Origin: Gemmatimonadaceae bacterium
GTDB taxonomy: Bacteria > Gemmatimonadota > Gemmatimonadetes > Gemmatimonadales > Gemmatimonadaceae
NCBI GenBank assembly: GCA_036003045.1
Contig: DASYSS010000104.1
Coordinates: 94,901-158,900, forward strand
DNA length: 64,000 bases
Direction: 5' to 3'
Part shown: positions 8,528 through 19,170 of the stretch, piece by piece
Position numbering within the stretch: the stretch's first letter is position 1
Layout of the letters: every line of letters starts with the position of its first letter
Position numbers and translations under genes: made by a program
Notes under the pieces: model-generated
What the model saw: only the letters and a program-made list of their open reading frames with translations
Database searches by the model: none
Told to the model about the DNA's origin: nothing

Positions 8528-9418
8528 ATGTCCTCTCCCGCCTCAATCCTCAGTCTGGTCGCTTCCCTGGAGCTTCGCCTGGGGAACGGCTTCGCTATCG
8601 AAGGCGAGGTCGCCAAGGGGGGGATGTCGCGGATCTACTCGGCTCGACGGCCGGACACCCGCGAGCGCATCGCCATCAAGGTGATGGTCGACCGCCTCAG
8701 CGGCGCGTCGGGCCCGGAACGTCTCGAGCTCGAGGAGCGGTTCCTGCTCGAGATGCAGGTCCTTCAAAAGCTCAACCATCCGCGAATTCCGGCCGTCCTG
8801 TCGGCCGGCGACGTGAGCGGATCGCTGTACTACACGATGCCGTTTGTCGACGGGGAATCCCTCCGATCGCGTCTCAAGCGCAAGGATCACATCTCCGTGC
8901 GTGACGCGTTGCTCTTCACGCGCGACGTGGCGGACGCGCTCGCGCACGTGCACGAGAACGGCATCATCCACCGCGACGTGAAGCCGGACAACCTGATGTT
9001 GTCGCCGACGGGTGTCTGGCTTCTCGACTTTGGAATCGCGCGGGCGCCGAGCTTCAATCAGGCCGATCTCGGCCACGAGAAGCCCAGGTACATCATGGGC
9101 ACGCCCGAATACACGAGCCCGGAGCGGCTCACCGCGCGAGTCGTCGAAGACGCGCGCTCCGATCTCTTCTCGCTCGGCTGCGTGCTGTACGAGATGCTGT
9201 CTGGCCGACCGCCGTTTCCGAACGGTCTCCGCGACGCGATGAAGAAGCACGCGCCGCTGCTTCCGATCGACCTCACGCCGCTGCCGCCGAAGCTTCCTGA
9301 CGAAGTGATCGGCGTGCTGCGCCGCTCGATCGCGCTGCACCCGTCGGACCGTTTCGTGAACGCGACGGCGATGCTCGCCGCCGCCGACTCCGCCGCGAAA
9401 CACGTCGGATACGACTGA
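8528..9418 (+). CDS. Ser/Thr protein kinase, kinase domain only
   Basis: IAIKVM, HRDVKPDN, DFGIA and TPEYTSPE motifs. No TM or sensor region. Confidence 0.9.
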   Translation: MSSPASILSLVASLELRLGNGFAIEGEVAKGGMSRIYSARRPDTRERIAIKVMVDRLSGASGPERLELEERFLLEMQVLQKLNHPRIPAVLSAGDVSGSLYYTMPFVDGESLRSRLKRKDHISVRDALLFTRDVADALAHVHENGIIHRDVKPDNLMLSPTGVWLLDFGIARAPSFNQADLGHEKPRYIMGTPEYTSPERLTARVVEDARSDLFSLGCVLYEMLSGRPPFPNGLRDAMKKHAPLLPIDLTPLPPKLPDEVIGVLRRSIALHPSDRFVNATAMLAAADSAAKHVGYD

Positions 9419-9451
9419 CTCGATTCAGGTCAGCGAAAGGGGGGAAAAGAC

Positions 9452-9988
9452 ATGGCATCGAACTCCACGCGCCGCGACTTCTTCAGGGCGGCGTTCGCCG
9501 CGTTTCCCGTGTTGGCCGCGCTGCGCCGCCCGCCGCTCGAAGAGGTCGAGATCGTGGACTTCAACGACGCCGGCGTTCGCCAGGGGACGCTCCGGGTGCC
9601 CAAGGTCGTGAAGTCCGACGCCGAATGGCGGAGCCAGCTGACTCCGATCTCGTACCAGATCACGCGTCAGCACGGCACCGAACGGGCATTCACCGGCCCG
9701 TACTGGGACCTCCACGATCGCGGGATGTTCAGGTGCGTGTGCTGCGGCACCGCGCTGTTCGCGTCGGCGGTCAAGTTTGATTCGGGCACCGGTTGGCCGA
9801 GTTTCTGGCAGCCGATCGCCGAGCAAAACGTGCGTCACGGCGCGCCGAGCCACGGTTACACGGAAAGTGACGTAACGTGTCGACGTTGTGACGCCCACCT
9901 CGGAGATCTCTTCGATGACGGGCCCAAGCCGACCGGGCTCCGATATTGCATTGACTCCGTCGCCCTGCGCTTCGTGAAGTTCGCCTGA
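9452..9988 (+). CDS. msrB: Peptide-methionine (R)-S-oxide reductase with a twin-arginine signal
   Basis: [22 protein letters not shown] is a Tat signal. [35 protein letters not shown] and RYCIDSVAL are the MsrB zinc and catalytic motifs. Confidence 0.93.
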   Translation: MASNSTRRDFFRAAFAAFPVLAALRRPPLEEVEIVDFNDAGVRQGTLRVPKVVKSDAEWRSQLTPISYQITRQHGTERAFTGPYWDLHDRGMFRCVCCGTALFASAVKFDSGTGWPSFWQPIAEQNVRHGAPSHGYTESDVTCRRCDAHLGDLFDDGPKPTGLRYCIDSVALRFVKFA

Positions 9989-10037
9989 GGGATTCCCCGG
10001 GCTGGACACGGCGCGGATTTCGCGTTCCAGTTTCCAG

Positions 10038-10643
10038 ATGAACTTTCTCCGACGGTTGCGACAAACTCTGGGGGGCATCGGCGCCCCGGCGACAGCCGGC
10101 GGCGGCGAGACGCGTCGCATTCGCGGGTTCGCCGTGTTCGTCGACAACACGCGCCAGGACATCGAGACCGGCGCTGTTCTCGAGCGGCTCGACGAAGCGC
10201 TCGCGCTGATCGAACAAACGCAGCCCTGGCGGCTCGCGCACATGCGGCGGGATCTCTCGCGCTTTCTCGTGATTCGCTATCCGTGCCGCGGCGCTTTCTT
10301 TCCGCACACCCGCGAGTGCATGACGGAGCTGACGTTTCTTGCGCGGCGAGACATTTCGCCGGCGCCGGTCGCTGCTTCGATACTCCACGAAGGGATTCAC
10401 GCGCGCGTGCACGGCATGGGCGTCCGCCCCGAATCGAAGGACCCGGCCCGCGAGGAGCGCATTTGCCGCCGAGCGGAGCTCGAGTTCGGGCTCTCGTTGG
10501 CCGCGGATCTCGGCGCGCCGGTGGTCGAACGGGCGCGGCTCAGCCTCGAGCTGACGGATGAGGACGTGGCGCCGTCGGTGGATTGGAGAATCGCGATGAA
10601 GCGCCAGGCGGCGATCGACCGCGCGGCCACGCGCCAGCGCTGA
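10038..10643 (+). CDS. Hypothetical protein with an HExxH motif (ILHEGIHARVH)
   Basis: ATG start and coding-like composition. No recognisable family. The HEGIH motif suggests a metallopeptidase-like site. Confidence 0.6.
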   Translation: MNFLRRLRQTLGGIGAPATAGGGETRRIRGFAVFVDNTRQDIETGAVLERLDEALALIEQTQPWRLAHMRRDLSRFLVIRYPCRGAFFPHTRECMTELTFLARRDISPAPVAASILHEGIHARVHGMGVRPESKDPAREERICRRAELEFGLSLAADLGAPVVERARLSLELTDEDVAPSVDWRIAMKRQAAIDRAATRQR

Positions 10644-10727
10644 AAAATCGCCCGGCTTGGCGGCCGGGTTCGCTGGACAACAGGATGAGGTCGACGCAAG
10701 CTTCTGGGTCAACCCTGGCCCTCGCTC

Positions 10728-13403
<2,676 letters not shown>

Positions 13404-13515
13404 TTCGTATTAGCGGACGCGGCGGACGGCGTCCGCCCACCGCACTCGCAGTCCGCCGCGGGCCGCCGTCGCTGCGTCGACGACGGAGCGTAGAACTTCC
13501 ACGCAAGGAGCCAGA

Positions 13516-14280
13516 GTGACGCTGCAACTCGGCAGGACCGTCGCGCAATCGTTGGCAGCCGGATGTGTCGTCGCACTCGCCGTCGCGTGCGGCAAAGGAA
13601 GCGAGAAAGCCAAGGGCGAATCGACCGCGGCGGCACCACCCGGTGCTACAGCGGCCGCCGCTGCGCCGGCTCCGCCGCCGGGCACGCTCACGAAGCCGAT
13701 CGACCAGTACACGGGCGACGAGTTCTATGCGCTCACGCGTCAACTCCAGTATGGAGGCGGCGGAACGCACGGCCGGCGTTGTCGCGGTCGAGCGGGCTGC
13801 CGCGGTCCGAACCCGCGGGATTCCACTCGCATCCAAGTCGATGGAATCGTCGGCGACGATTCGTTGAGCGCGGCCACCCTGCCGCCCAACGGCGTGCTCG
13901 CGATGCGGGCCATCAACGTCGGCCAATTCGCGGATTCGATGTACAACACGCGGCCCGGGACGCAATATGAGAGTTATCTCATCATCCTGCCAGTGCCGAA
14001 CAGCGCGAGTGCGACGTGGCGCTTCGAGGAGCTCACGACGACGGCGGGCTCGCGCACGCATCACATGATCTCGTCTGGAACGCTGCGTGAGTGCCCGAAG
14101 CACGCCTTCCAACGCGGCCCGCACGCCGACTTCAAGACCTGCGAGCAAGCAGACAACCTTCGCCCGGCGTCGTTTTCGCGGCGAGCCGCCGCCATGATGC
14201 AGGGCGATCTCGGCCCCCCAGCCTGGTTCGGTTGCGCTTTCGGGTGCTGCACGGCCGATCCTCCGGGCGGTCACGGTTGA
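13516..14280 (+). CDS. Hypothetical Cys-rich lipoprotein
   Basis: GTG start preceded by AAGGAG. Lipobox VALAVAC. No family recognised. Confidence 0.6.
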   Translation: MTLQLGRTVAQSLAAGCVVALAVACGKGSEKAKGESTAAAPPGATAAAAAPAPPPGTLTKPIDQYTGDEFYALTRQLQYGGGGTHGRRCRGRAGCRGPNPRDSTRIQVDGIVGDDSLSAATLPPNGVLAMRAINVGQFADSMYNTRPGTQYESYLIILPVPNSASATWRFEELTTTAGSRTHHMISSGTLRECPKHAFQRGPHADFKTCEQADNLRPASFSRRAAAMMQGDLGPPAWFGCAFGCCTADPPGGHG

Positions 14281-14284
14281 CCTC

Positions 14285-14803
14285 ATGATCGATCTGCGAT
14301 CGCGCGAGTGCGTGGTGCGTACGTATCGGCCCGAGGATGCTCCGAGCCTGGCGCGCCACGGGAACAACCGGCGTATTTGGGAGAACTTGCGCGATCGCTT
14401 TCCGCATCCGTACAAGGAAGCGCATGCGGCGGAATACATCGCTCGATTGCTGAGCGGCAGCGACGAGCCGAGCTTCGCCATCGAAGTCGATGGCGAAGCG
14501 GTGGGCGGCATCAGCCTGCATCCCGGCGCCGACGTTGAGCGCATCGGTGCGGAAATCGGCTACTGGATCGGCGAATCGGTCTGGGGGCGCGGCGTGGCGA
14601 CGTCCGCGATCCGGCTCGTGACCGACTACGCATTCACGCGGCGGCGCCTCGAGCGCGTGTTCGCGGTGCCGTTCACGACGAACGTCGCGTCTTGCCGAGC
14701 GCTCGAAAAAGCGGGATATCAACGTGAAGGCACGATGCGGCGCAGCGCGGTCAAGGACGGACGCATCATGGATCAGCATCTCTACGCGAAGACGAGAAGC
14801 TGA
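14285..14803 (+). CDS. GNAT-family N-acetyltransferase (RimJ/RimL-like)
   Basis: The sequence IGYWIGESVWGRGVATSAIRLVTDYAF...NVASCRALEKAGYQREG is the acetyl-CoA binding core. Confidence 0.88.
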   Translation: MIDLRSRECVVRTYRPEDAPSLARHGNNRRIWENLRDRFPHPYKEAHAAEYIARLLSGSDEPSFAIEVDGEAVGGISLHPGADVERIGAEIGYWIGESVWGRGVATSAIRLVTDYAFTRRRLERVFAVPFTTNVASCRALEKAGYQREGTMRRSAVKDGRIMDQHLYAKTRS

Positions 14804-14856
14804 CCAAGGCAGGCGGAAACGTGAGCGGAGGGCGGCGTGCGGGGAGAACCGTTGCG

Positions 14857-15417
14857 ATGAGATACGCTGTGTTGCTGGTCGTCGCGGTCGCGGCCTGCTC
14901 GGCCGGCGAGGCGAGCAAGAGTGATTCGGGCGCGAGTGCCGCAGGCACGGTCGTGACCCCGGCCGAGTTCAGCTCGGCGAAGAACTACGTCGGGATTCGC
15001 TACGACTCGCTGCCGGCGAAGTTCACGTTCGTCTCGGGGTCGTTGATTCCTGTCACGCCGGGATCGAATACGGTCGGCTTCGATCTCGATCTCGTGCGGA
15101 CGCCGCGCGGCCAGATGGTCTGGCTCGACTCCATCGTCGCGGTGTCGCAGCGCGGACGTCCGACGCGCATCGTGAGGGCCGAGCTCAGAGTTCCGCCCCT
15201 GGCGCGGGACGAGCGCCTCGTGATGTCGTCGTGCAGCGCGGACGGCAAGCTGGACCCGCGCGTCGTCGCGATCGTGGTCACCAGCCAGAGCGCTACTGTC
15301 GACTCGACCAGGCAGTTGACGGCGATCCGGCAGGCCTGGCGCGCGAACGGTGCGTCGGGTCAGTTCGACGTGATCCCTGTCACAGGAATCGTCTGCGACG
15401 AGCCGGGCTCCGCATAG
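14857..15417 (+). CDS. Hypothetical lipoprotein
   Basis: The internal ATG gives MRYAVLLVVAVAACSAGE (lipobox). No family recognised. Confidence 0.6.
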   Translation: MRYAVLLVVAVAACSAGEASKSDSGASAAGTVVTPAEFSSAKNYVGIRYDSLPAKFTFVSGSLIPVTPGSNTVGFDLDLVRTPRGQMVWLDSIVAVSQRGRPTRIVRAELRVPPLARDERLVMSSCSADGKLDPRVVAIVVTSQSATVDSTRQLTAIRQAWRANGASGQFDVIPVTGIVCDEPGSA

Positions 15418-15432
15418 CGTGCCGGCGAACGC

Positions 15433-15462
15433 TTGACAGCTCCGGCATTCGCATATTAGAAT
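15433..15462 (+). promoter_or_regulatory. Sigma-70-like promoter with no annotated gene immediately downstream
   Basis: TTGACA (15433-15438), an 18-nt spacer, then TAGAAT (15457-15462). Confidence 0.45.
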
Positions 15463-15468
15463 GGCTTG

Positions 15469-15578
15469 AGGGAGTCGCGTCCCGATGGTGGTTCGTCGTT
15501 CACATGCTCCGGCATGGCGAGCGGCCTGATCGATGCAAAAGCATCGCTCTGAACATCGGCGGCGCGACTTTTTGTTTT
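15469..15578 (+). ncRNA. Candidate small structured RNA or leader (unclassified)
   Basis: It starts just after the promoter. A closing stem pairs GTCGCG/CCGATG (15474-15487) with CATCGG/CGCGAC (15554-15568). There is an inner hairpin CGATGC-AAAA-GCATCG (15531-15546). TTTTTGTTTT follows at 15569-15578. Confidence 0.3.
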
Positions 15579-15605
15579 CCCAACCTCAATCACCCACGGT
15601 CTTCG

Positions 15606-15791
15606 ATGAATCAACCCGCGATTCGTGACGTCGCCGTCACGCGCCCATCCGGCTTTGCCGCGCTCGCCAGCGATTGGCGCTCGCCGGCGAACACCGGTCG
15701 GTTGCCGCGAGTCGAAGACGTGGCTTACACCGTCGACTCGCAGCGAATCACATCTCATGCAGGCGGTTGGACCGGAGTCCTTGCGCGATAG
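15606..15791 (+). CDS. Possible 61-aa small protein (MNQPAIRDVAVTRPSGF...)
   Basis: ATG-initiated and followed 30 nt later by a strong terminator. There is no clear SD, and third-position GC is only about 70%, lower than neighbouring genes. Confidence 0.25.
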   Translation: MNQPAIRDVAVTRPSGFAALASDWRSPANTGRLPRVEDVAYTVDSQRITSHAGGWTGVLAR

Positions 15792-15821
15792 AGCACTCCG
15801 ATCCGACTCGGGCAAGCACCT

Positions 15822-15864
15822 CCGCCCCGCCTGCGCAGCGCGCACGGCGGGGCGGTTTCGTTTT
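15822..15864 (+). terminator. Rho-independent terminator
   Basis: CCGCCCCGCC (15822-15831) pairs with GGCGGGGCGG (15846-15855), followed by TTTCGTTTT. Confidence 0.8.
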
Positions 15865-16272
15865 GAGGGATTGGGTTCGGCTCAACAGGAGGAACGTCTT
15901 GATGGGAACAATGCAACGAACGGCCGACCAGGCATGACGCTCGGGTAGCTGGACACGCGACTCCCCTACCCGGCACGCGTCCGCTGCCTGGCCGAGCCTT
16001 CGTTTAACAATTCAGAAGTCCGATGACCGGCGCGTATGGGCGTTAGCCGCGCGCCGTCCGGGTCGAGCTCGAGGGTACAGGAGCACGGCGCCGCCGCACG
16101 ATCATCCCATGGGCCGAAAGCCGGGACCGTGAGGGCCAACGGCGCCGAGTGTGGGTGTGATTCCCGCCGGCCCGGTCTGACTGTGAGTGGGCCCGCCGCA
16201 ACCCGCGGCGGGCGCGCTGCGTAGTGGTTCCGAGCGGACCATCGGCGCGCCACCACGGACTCGGACGATTCC

Positions 16273-16569
16273 ATGTTCAACGACAACGATCTTATCAACT
16301 TTCTGCTCGTTGCCACCGGCGTCTTGTCGACGTCGACGCTGGTGCTCGGCGTGCTCTGGCTGCGATCGCGGGAGCGCGTGCTCCGCATGCGGCTCGCACA
16401 GGAGAACCCCGACGCCGTGCGTGAGGACGTCACGCACCTCGTTCAAGCGGTGGACGCCATCGCGATCGAGGTGGAGCGGATCTCGGAAGCCCAGCGTTTC
16501 ACCGCGCTCACGCTGGCGGAGCGCTCCGGGAGCCGGCGTGTCCCCGAGCGTGTGATCACGCCGCACTGA
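16273..16569 (+). CDS. Hypothetical small membrane-anchored protein
   Basis: ATG start. N-terminal TM helix LINFLLVATGVLSTSTLVLGVLWL followed by a helical tail. Confidence 0.5.
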   Translation: MFNDNDLINFLLVATGVLSTSTLVLGVLWLRSRERVLRMRLAQENPDAVREDVTHLVQAVDAIAIEVERISEAQRFTALTLAERSGSRRVPERVITPH

Positions 16570-16730
16570 CGAGGGTCGCGGTTCGGGCGGCGGAGGCGCG
16601 GCTTTCGCAGGGAAATCGGGCGAAAAACGATCCGGGCGGCGCTGGAGTTCGTTCGTGGACAGCGCTCGCGCGGGGTCGTACGTTGATGCCGTGGTGGCGT
16701 TTCGATGACTCCCTTCTCCCTGATTGAGCC

Positions 16731-17219
16731 ATGAATCACAGCCTTTTCCTTCGATCGGCGTCGTTCGTCGTCGCTGTGACAGCGATTGCCGCCTGTTCGT
16801 CCGGCGGCGGCGGTGCGACGTCTTCCGCTCCGGCCCCCGCCGCGGCGTCTCCGGCCTCGCGTCCCACGACGATGGCCGCGGCCCCCGCGGCCTCCGCGTC
16901 AGCCGCGGTCACCCCGGCGTTGATCACCCTCGGTGACTCGATTTACCACGCGGCGACCTGCCAGCGCTGCCACGGCGCCGACGCAAAGGGCCGCCAGAAC
17001 GGACCGAGTCTCCTGGGGCCCACGTTCCTGCACATCAAGGGCTCGGGCACGTACCAGGACTTCGTGAACGTCATCATGAGCGGCGTACCGGCCGACTCGA
17101 TCAAGGACAAGACGCACACGCTTCAGATGCGGCCCAGGGGCGGCGGACAAACGCCGCTCACCGACGATCAAGTCAAAGCCGTCGCCGCGTACGTCTACTC
17201 GCTGAGTCACAAGTCGTAA
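16731..17219 (+). CDS. c-type cytochrome lipoprotein
   Basis: Lipobox AIAACSSGG, a low-complexity Ala/Pro/Ser linker, and the haem motif CQRCH. Confidence 0.85.
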   Translation: MNHSLFLRSASFVVAVTAIAACSSGGGGATSSAPAPAAASPASRPTTMAAAPAASASAAVTPALITLGDSIYHAATCQRCHGADAKGRQNGPSLLGPTFLHIKGSGTYQDFVNVIMSGVPADSIKDKTHTLQMRPRGGGQTPLTDDQVKAVAAYVYSLSHKS

Positions 17220-17223
17220 AACG

Positions 17224-17988
17224 ATGACGCGGGCCGCTGTCGCGCTGTTGCTGATTGCATCCATGTCCGCCGGCGCGCAGGTGTCGCAGCAGTGGCCGCA
17301 ACACTCGATGGACCGCCCGAGGCCCCCGGTCGTCAAGCCGGGGGCCTTCGAGTCGGCCCCGCCTCCGTCGGACGCGATCGTTCTCTTCGACGGAAAGTCG
17401 CTCGCCAAGTGGCGGTCGTCGGACAGCACGCACGGCCCGGCCAAATGGAAAATCGTCGACGGCGCGATGGAGGTCGCCGCTGGCACGGGCGGAATCGAAA
17501 CGCGCGATGCATTCGGCGACTGCCAACTCCACATCGAGTGGCGCGCCCCGACGCCCGCAAAAGGCGAAGGCCAGGAGCGCGGCAACAGCGGCGTCTTTTT
17601 GATGGGCACGTACGAGGTCCAGGTGCTCGACTCGTACAACAACATCACCTACGCCGACGGACAGGCAGGGGCCGTGTACGGTCAGTATCCGCCGCTCGTG
17701 AACGCGAGCCGTCCGCCCGGAGACTGGCAGTCGTACGACATCATCTGGCATCGCCCGCACTTCGACGCCCAAGGCCGTCTCGTGAGCGCGGCGCGCGTGA
17801 CCGTGTTCTTCAACGGTCTCCTCGCGCAGGACAACGTGAGCCTCACCGGCCCCACGGCCCATCAACACCGCCCGCCCTACCACGCGCATCCCGACGCGCT
17901 GCCCCTAGGCCTTCAGGATCACGGGAATCCCGTCCGGTTCCGGAACATCTGGATTAGAAATCTCGAACCAGGGTCCGGAAAGCCTTAG
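17224..17988 (+). CDS. DUF1080 (3-keto-disaccharide hydrolase-like) domain protein
   Basis: Signal peptide. W-K..DGAMEV, GNSGVFLMGTYEVQVLDSYNN and YADGQAGAVYGQYPP are typical of DUF1080. It starts 4 nt after the cytochrome c stop. Confidence 0.88.
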   Translation: MTRAAVALLLIASMSAGAQVSQQWPQHSMDRPRPPVVKPGAFESAPPPSDAIVLFDGKSLAKWRSSDSTHGPAKWKIVDGAMEVAAGTGGIETRDAFGDCQLHIEWRAPTPAKGEGQERGNSGVFLMGTYEVQVLDSYNNITYADGQAGAVYGQYPPLVNASRPPGDWQSYDIIWHRPHFDAQGRLVSAARVTVFFNGLLAQDNVSLTGPTAHQHRPPYHAHPDALPLGLQDHGNPVRFRNIWIRNLEPGSGKP

Positions 17989-18031
17989 CGACGGCGGCCC
18001 CTCTATCGGGGTGCTCTGCTGAACTACCTAC

Positions 18032-18244
18032 CGCAGAGACGCGGAGGACGCAGAGTTTCGCAGAGGACAGGCCAAGTTCGAGCCGGCGCCCAACGCGCCG
18101 GATTTTTGGGGACTGCCGCTCGAGGAGCTATGCGTGCCGTGGAGACGTAGTCTTCACGACGGGTACCCCGAGCGGCTTTCACCAAGCCCCGGCTCGTCGC
18201 GCGATCATGCCGCTTTTCCTCTGCGTCCCTCTGCGTTCTCTGCG
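18032..18244. repeat. Inverted clusters of CGCAGAG-type short units (REP-like hairpin element), copy 1
   Basis: Left arm CGCAGAGA-CGCGGAGGA-CGCAGAGTTT-CGCAGAGGAC (18032-18068). Right arm CCTCTGCGTCCCTCTGCGTTCTCTGCG (18218-18244), followed by GCGGTGAGCAGTT. It ends about 30 nt from the stop codon at 18277. Confidence 0.6.
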
Positions 18245-18276
18245 ACTCAGCGGTGAGCAGTTGCCCTGCTGTTGAT

Positions 18277-18714
18277 CTACGCGGCGCAATATCGATTGAA
18301 CGCGTTCACGAGATCGTGCGCGATCTCTTCTGCGGGGCGGCCTTCGATCTGCCAGCGCTCGAGCATGAACACGAGATCGCCGTCCTTGAACAGCGCGATC
18401 TGCGGGGACGAGGGTGGGTAGCCGGTGAAGTATTCGCGGGCGCGGTGCGTGGCGTCGGCGTCTTGGCCGGCGAACACGGTGGTGAGCTTTTCCGGTTTGA
18501 TCGGATTCTCGAGCGCGATCGCGACGGCGGGACGCGCCATACGCGCGGAGCAGCCGCACACGGAGTTCACGACCACCAATGTCGTGCCGCTGGCGTCCTG
18601 AAGCTCGCGGTCTACTTCGTCGACCGTGCGCAGTTCCTTCACGCCCAGCCGGGTGAGCTCTTGCCGCATCGGCGTCACGAGCCGCTCGTCGTACATCTGT
18701 TGAGGAAGCCGCAT
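18277..18714 (-). CDS. Bacilliredoxin (BrxA/BrxB, DUF1094 family)
   Basis: The sequence MRLPQQMYDERLVTPMRQELTRLGVKELRTVDEVD...VVNSVCGCSARMARP shows the CGC active site and the family N-terminus. Confidence 0.88.
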   Translation of the reverse strand: MRLPQQMYDERLVTPMRQELTRLGVKELRTVDEVDRELQDASGTTLVVVNSVCGCSARMARPAVAIALENPIKPEKLTTVFAGQDADATHRAREYFTGYPPSSPQIALFKDGDLVFMLERWQIEGRPAEEIAHDLVNAFNRYCAA

Positions 18715-18765
18715 AGAAGTCACTGAGTTGAATTCACGGGATGGACAGCCGAGCGACCGGCGTGG

Positions 18766-19128
18766 TCACTCGTCGCGGACGAGCGCGAGGATCGCCGCTT
18801 GGGGGACAACCAGATATCGCTCGCCCTCGAAGGTGATCTCGACCGCCGCTTTGCGGAAAAAGAGCGCGTAGTCGCCGGTGCGGGCCTGCATCGGCACGAA
18901 CCGCGTCGCACGCTCGCCGGGCGCCTGCCACGGCTCGTCGGAGAACGAATCGGGGCTCGGCATCGGTAGACCGGGGCCAGTCGCTACGATCTTCCCACCC
19001 TGCACCGCCTGATTGTCGATCGCGGTCGGTGGCAGGTACAAGCCGACGGTCGTCCGCTCCTCGCCTTCCTCGACGCGCACGAGGACACGGTCGCCGACGA
19101 CGATGAGCTCTTTGTCTCGCTTGATCAT
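18766..19128 (-). CDS. GroES/Cpn10-like protein, atypically long (120 aa), with no adjacent groEL
   Basis: The sequence MIKRDKELIVVGDRVLVRVEEGEERTTVGLYLP...GKIVATGPG...GDYALF matches the Cpn10 pattern but has an insertion of about 25 aa. Confidence 0.7.
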   Translation of the reverse strand: MIKRDKELIVVGDRVLVRVEEGEERTTVGLYLPPTAIDNQAVQGGKIVATGPGLPMPSPDSFSDEPWQAPGERATRFVPMQARTGDYALFFRKAAVEITFEGERYLVVPQAAILALVRDE

Positions 19129-19170
19129 GGGTCGCTCCTGACTCAGGTGCTTCGACGTATCCACGGAAAG

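Noticed and set aside
15481-15546. Resemblance of GATGGTGGTTCG...CTGATCGATGC to the fluoride (crcB) riboswitch core
   Set aside because: The conserved AACCGCC-type segment and the pseudoknot partners are missing. No crcB or eriC-type gene lies downstream.
15966-16433. 155-aa minus-strand ORF in the gene-poor gap
   Set aside because: It has no start context, is Ser/Arg/Pro-rich, and overlaps the start of the better-supported small membrane protein gene at 16273.
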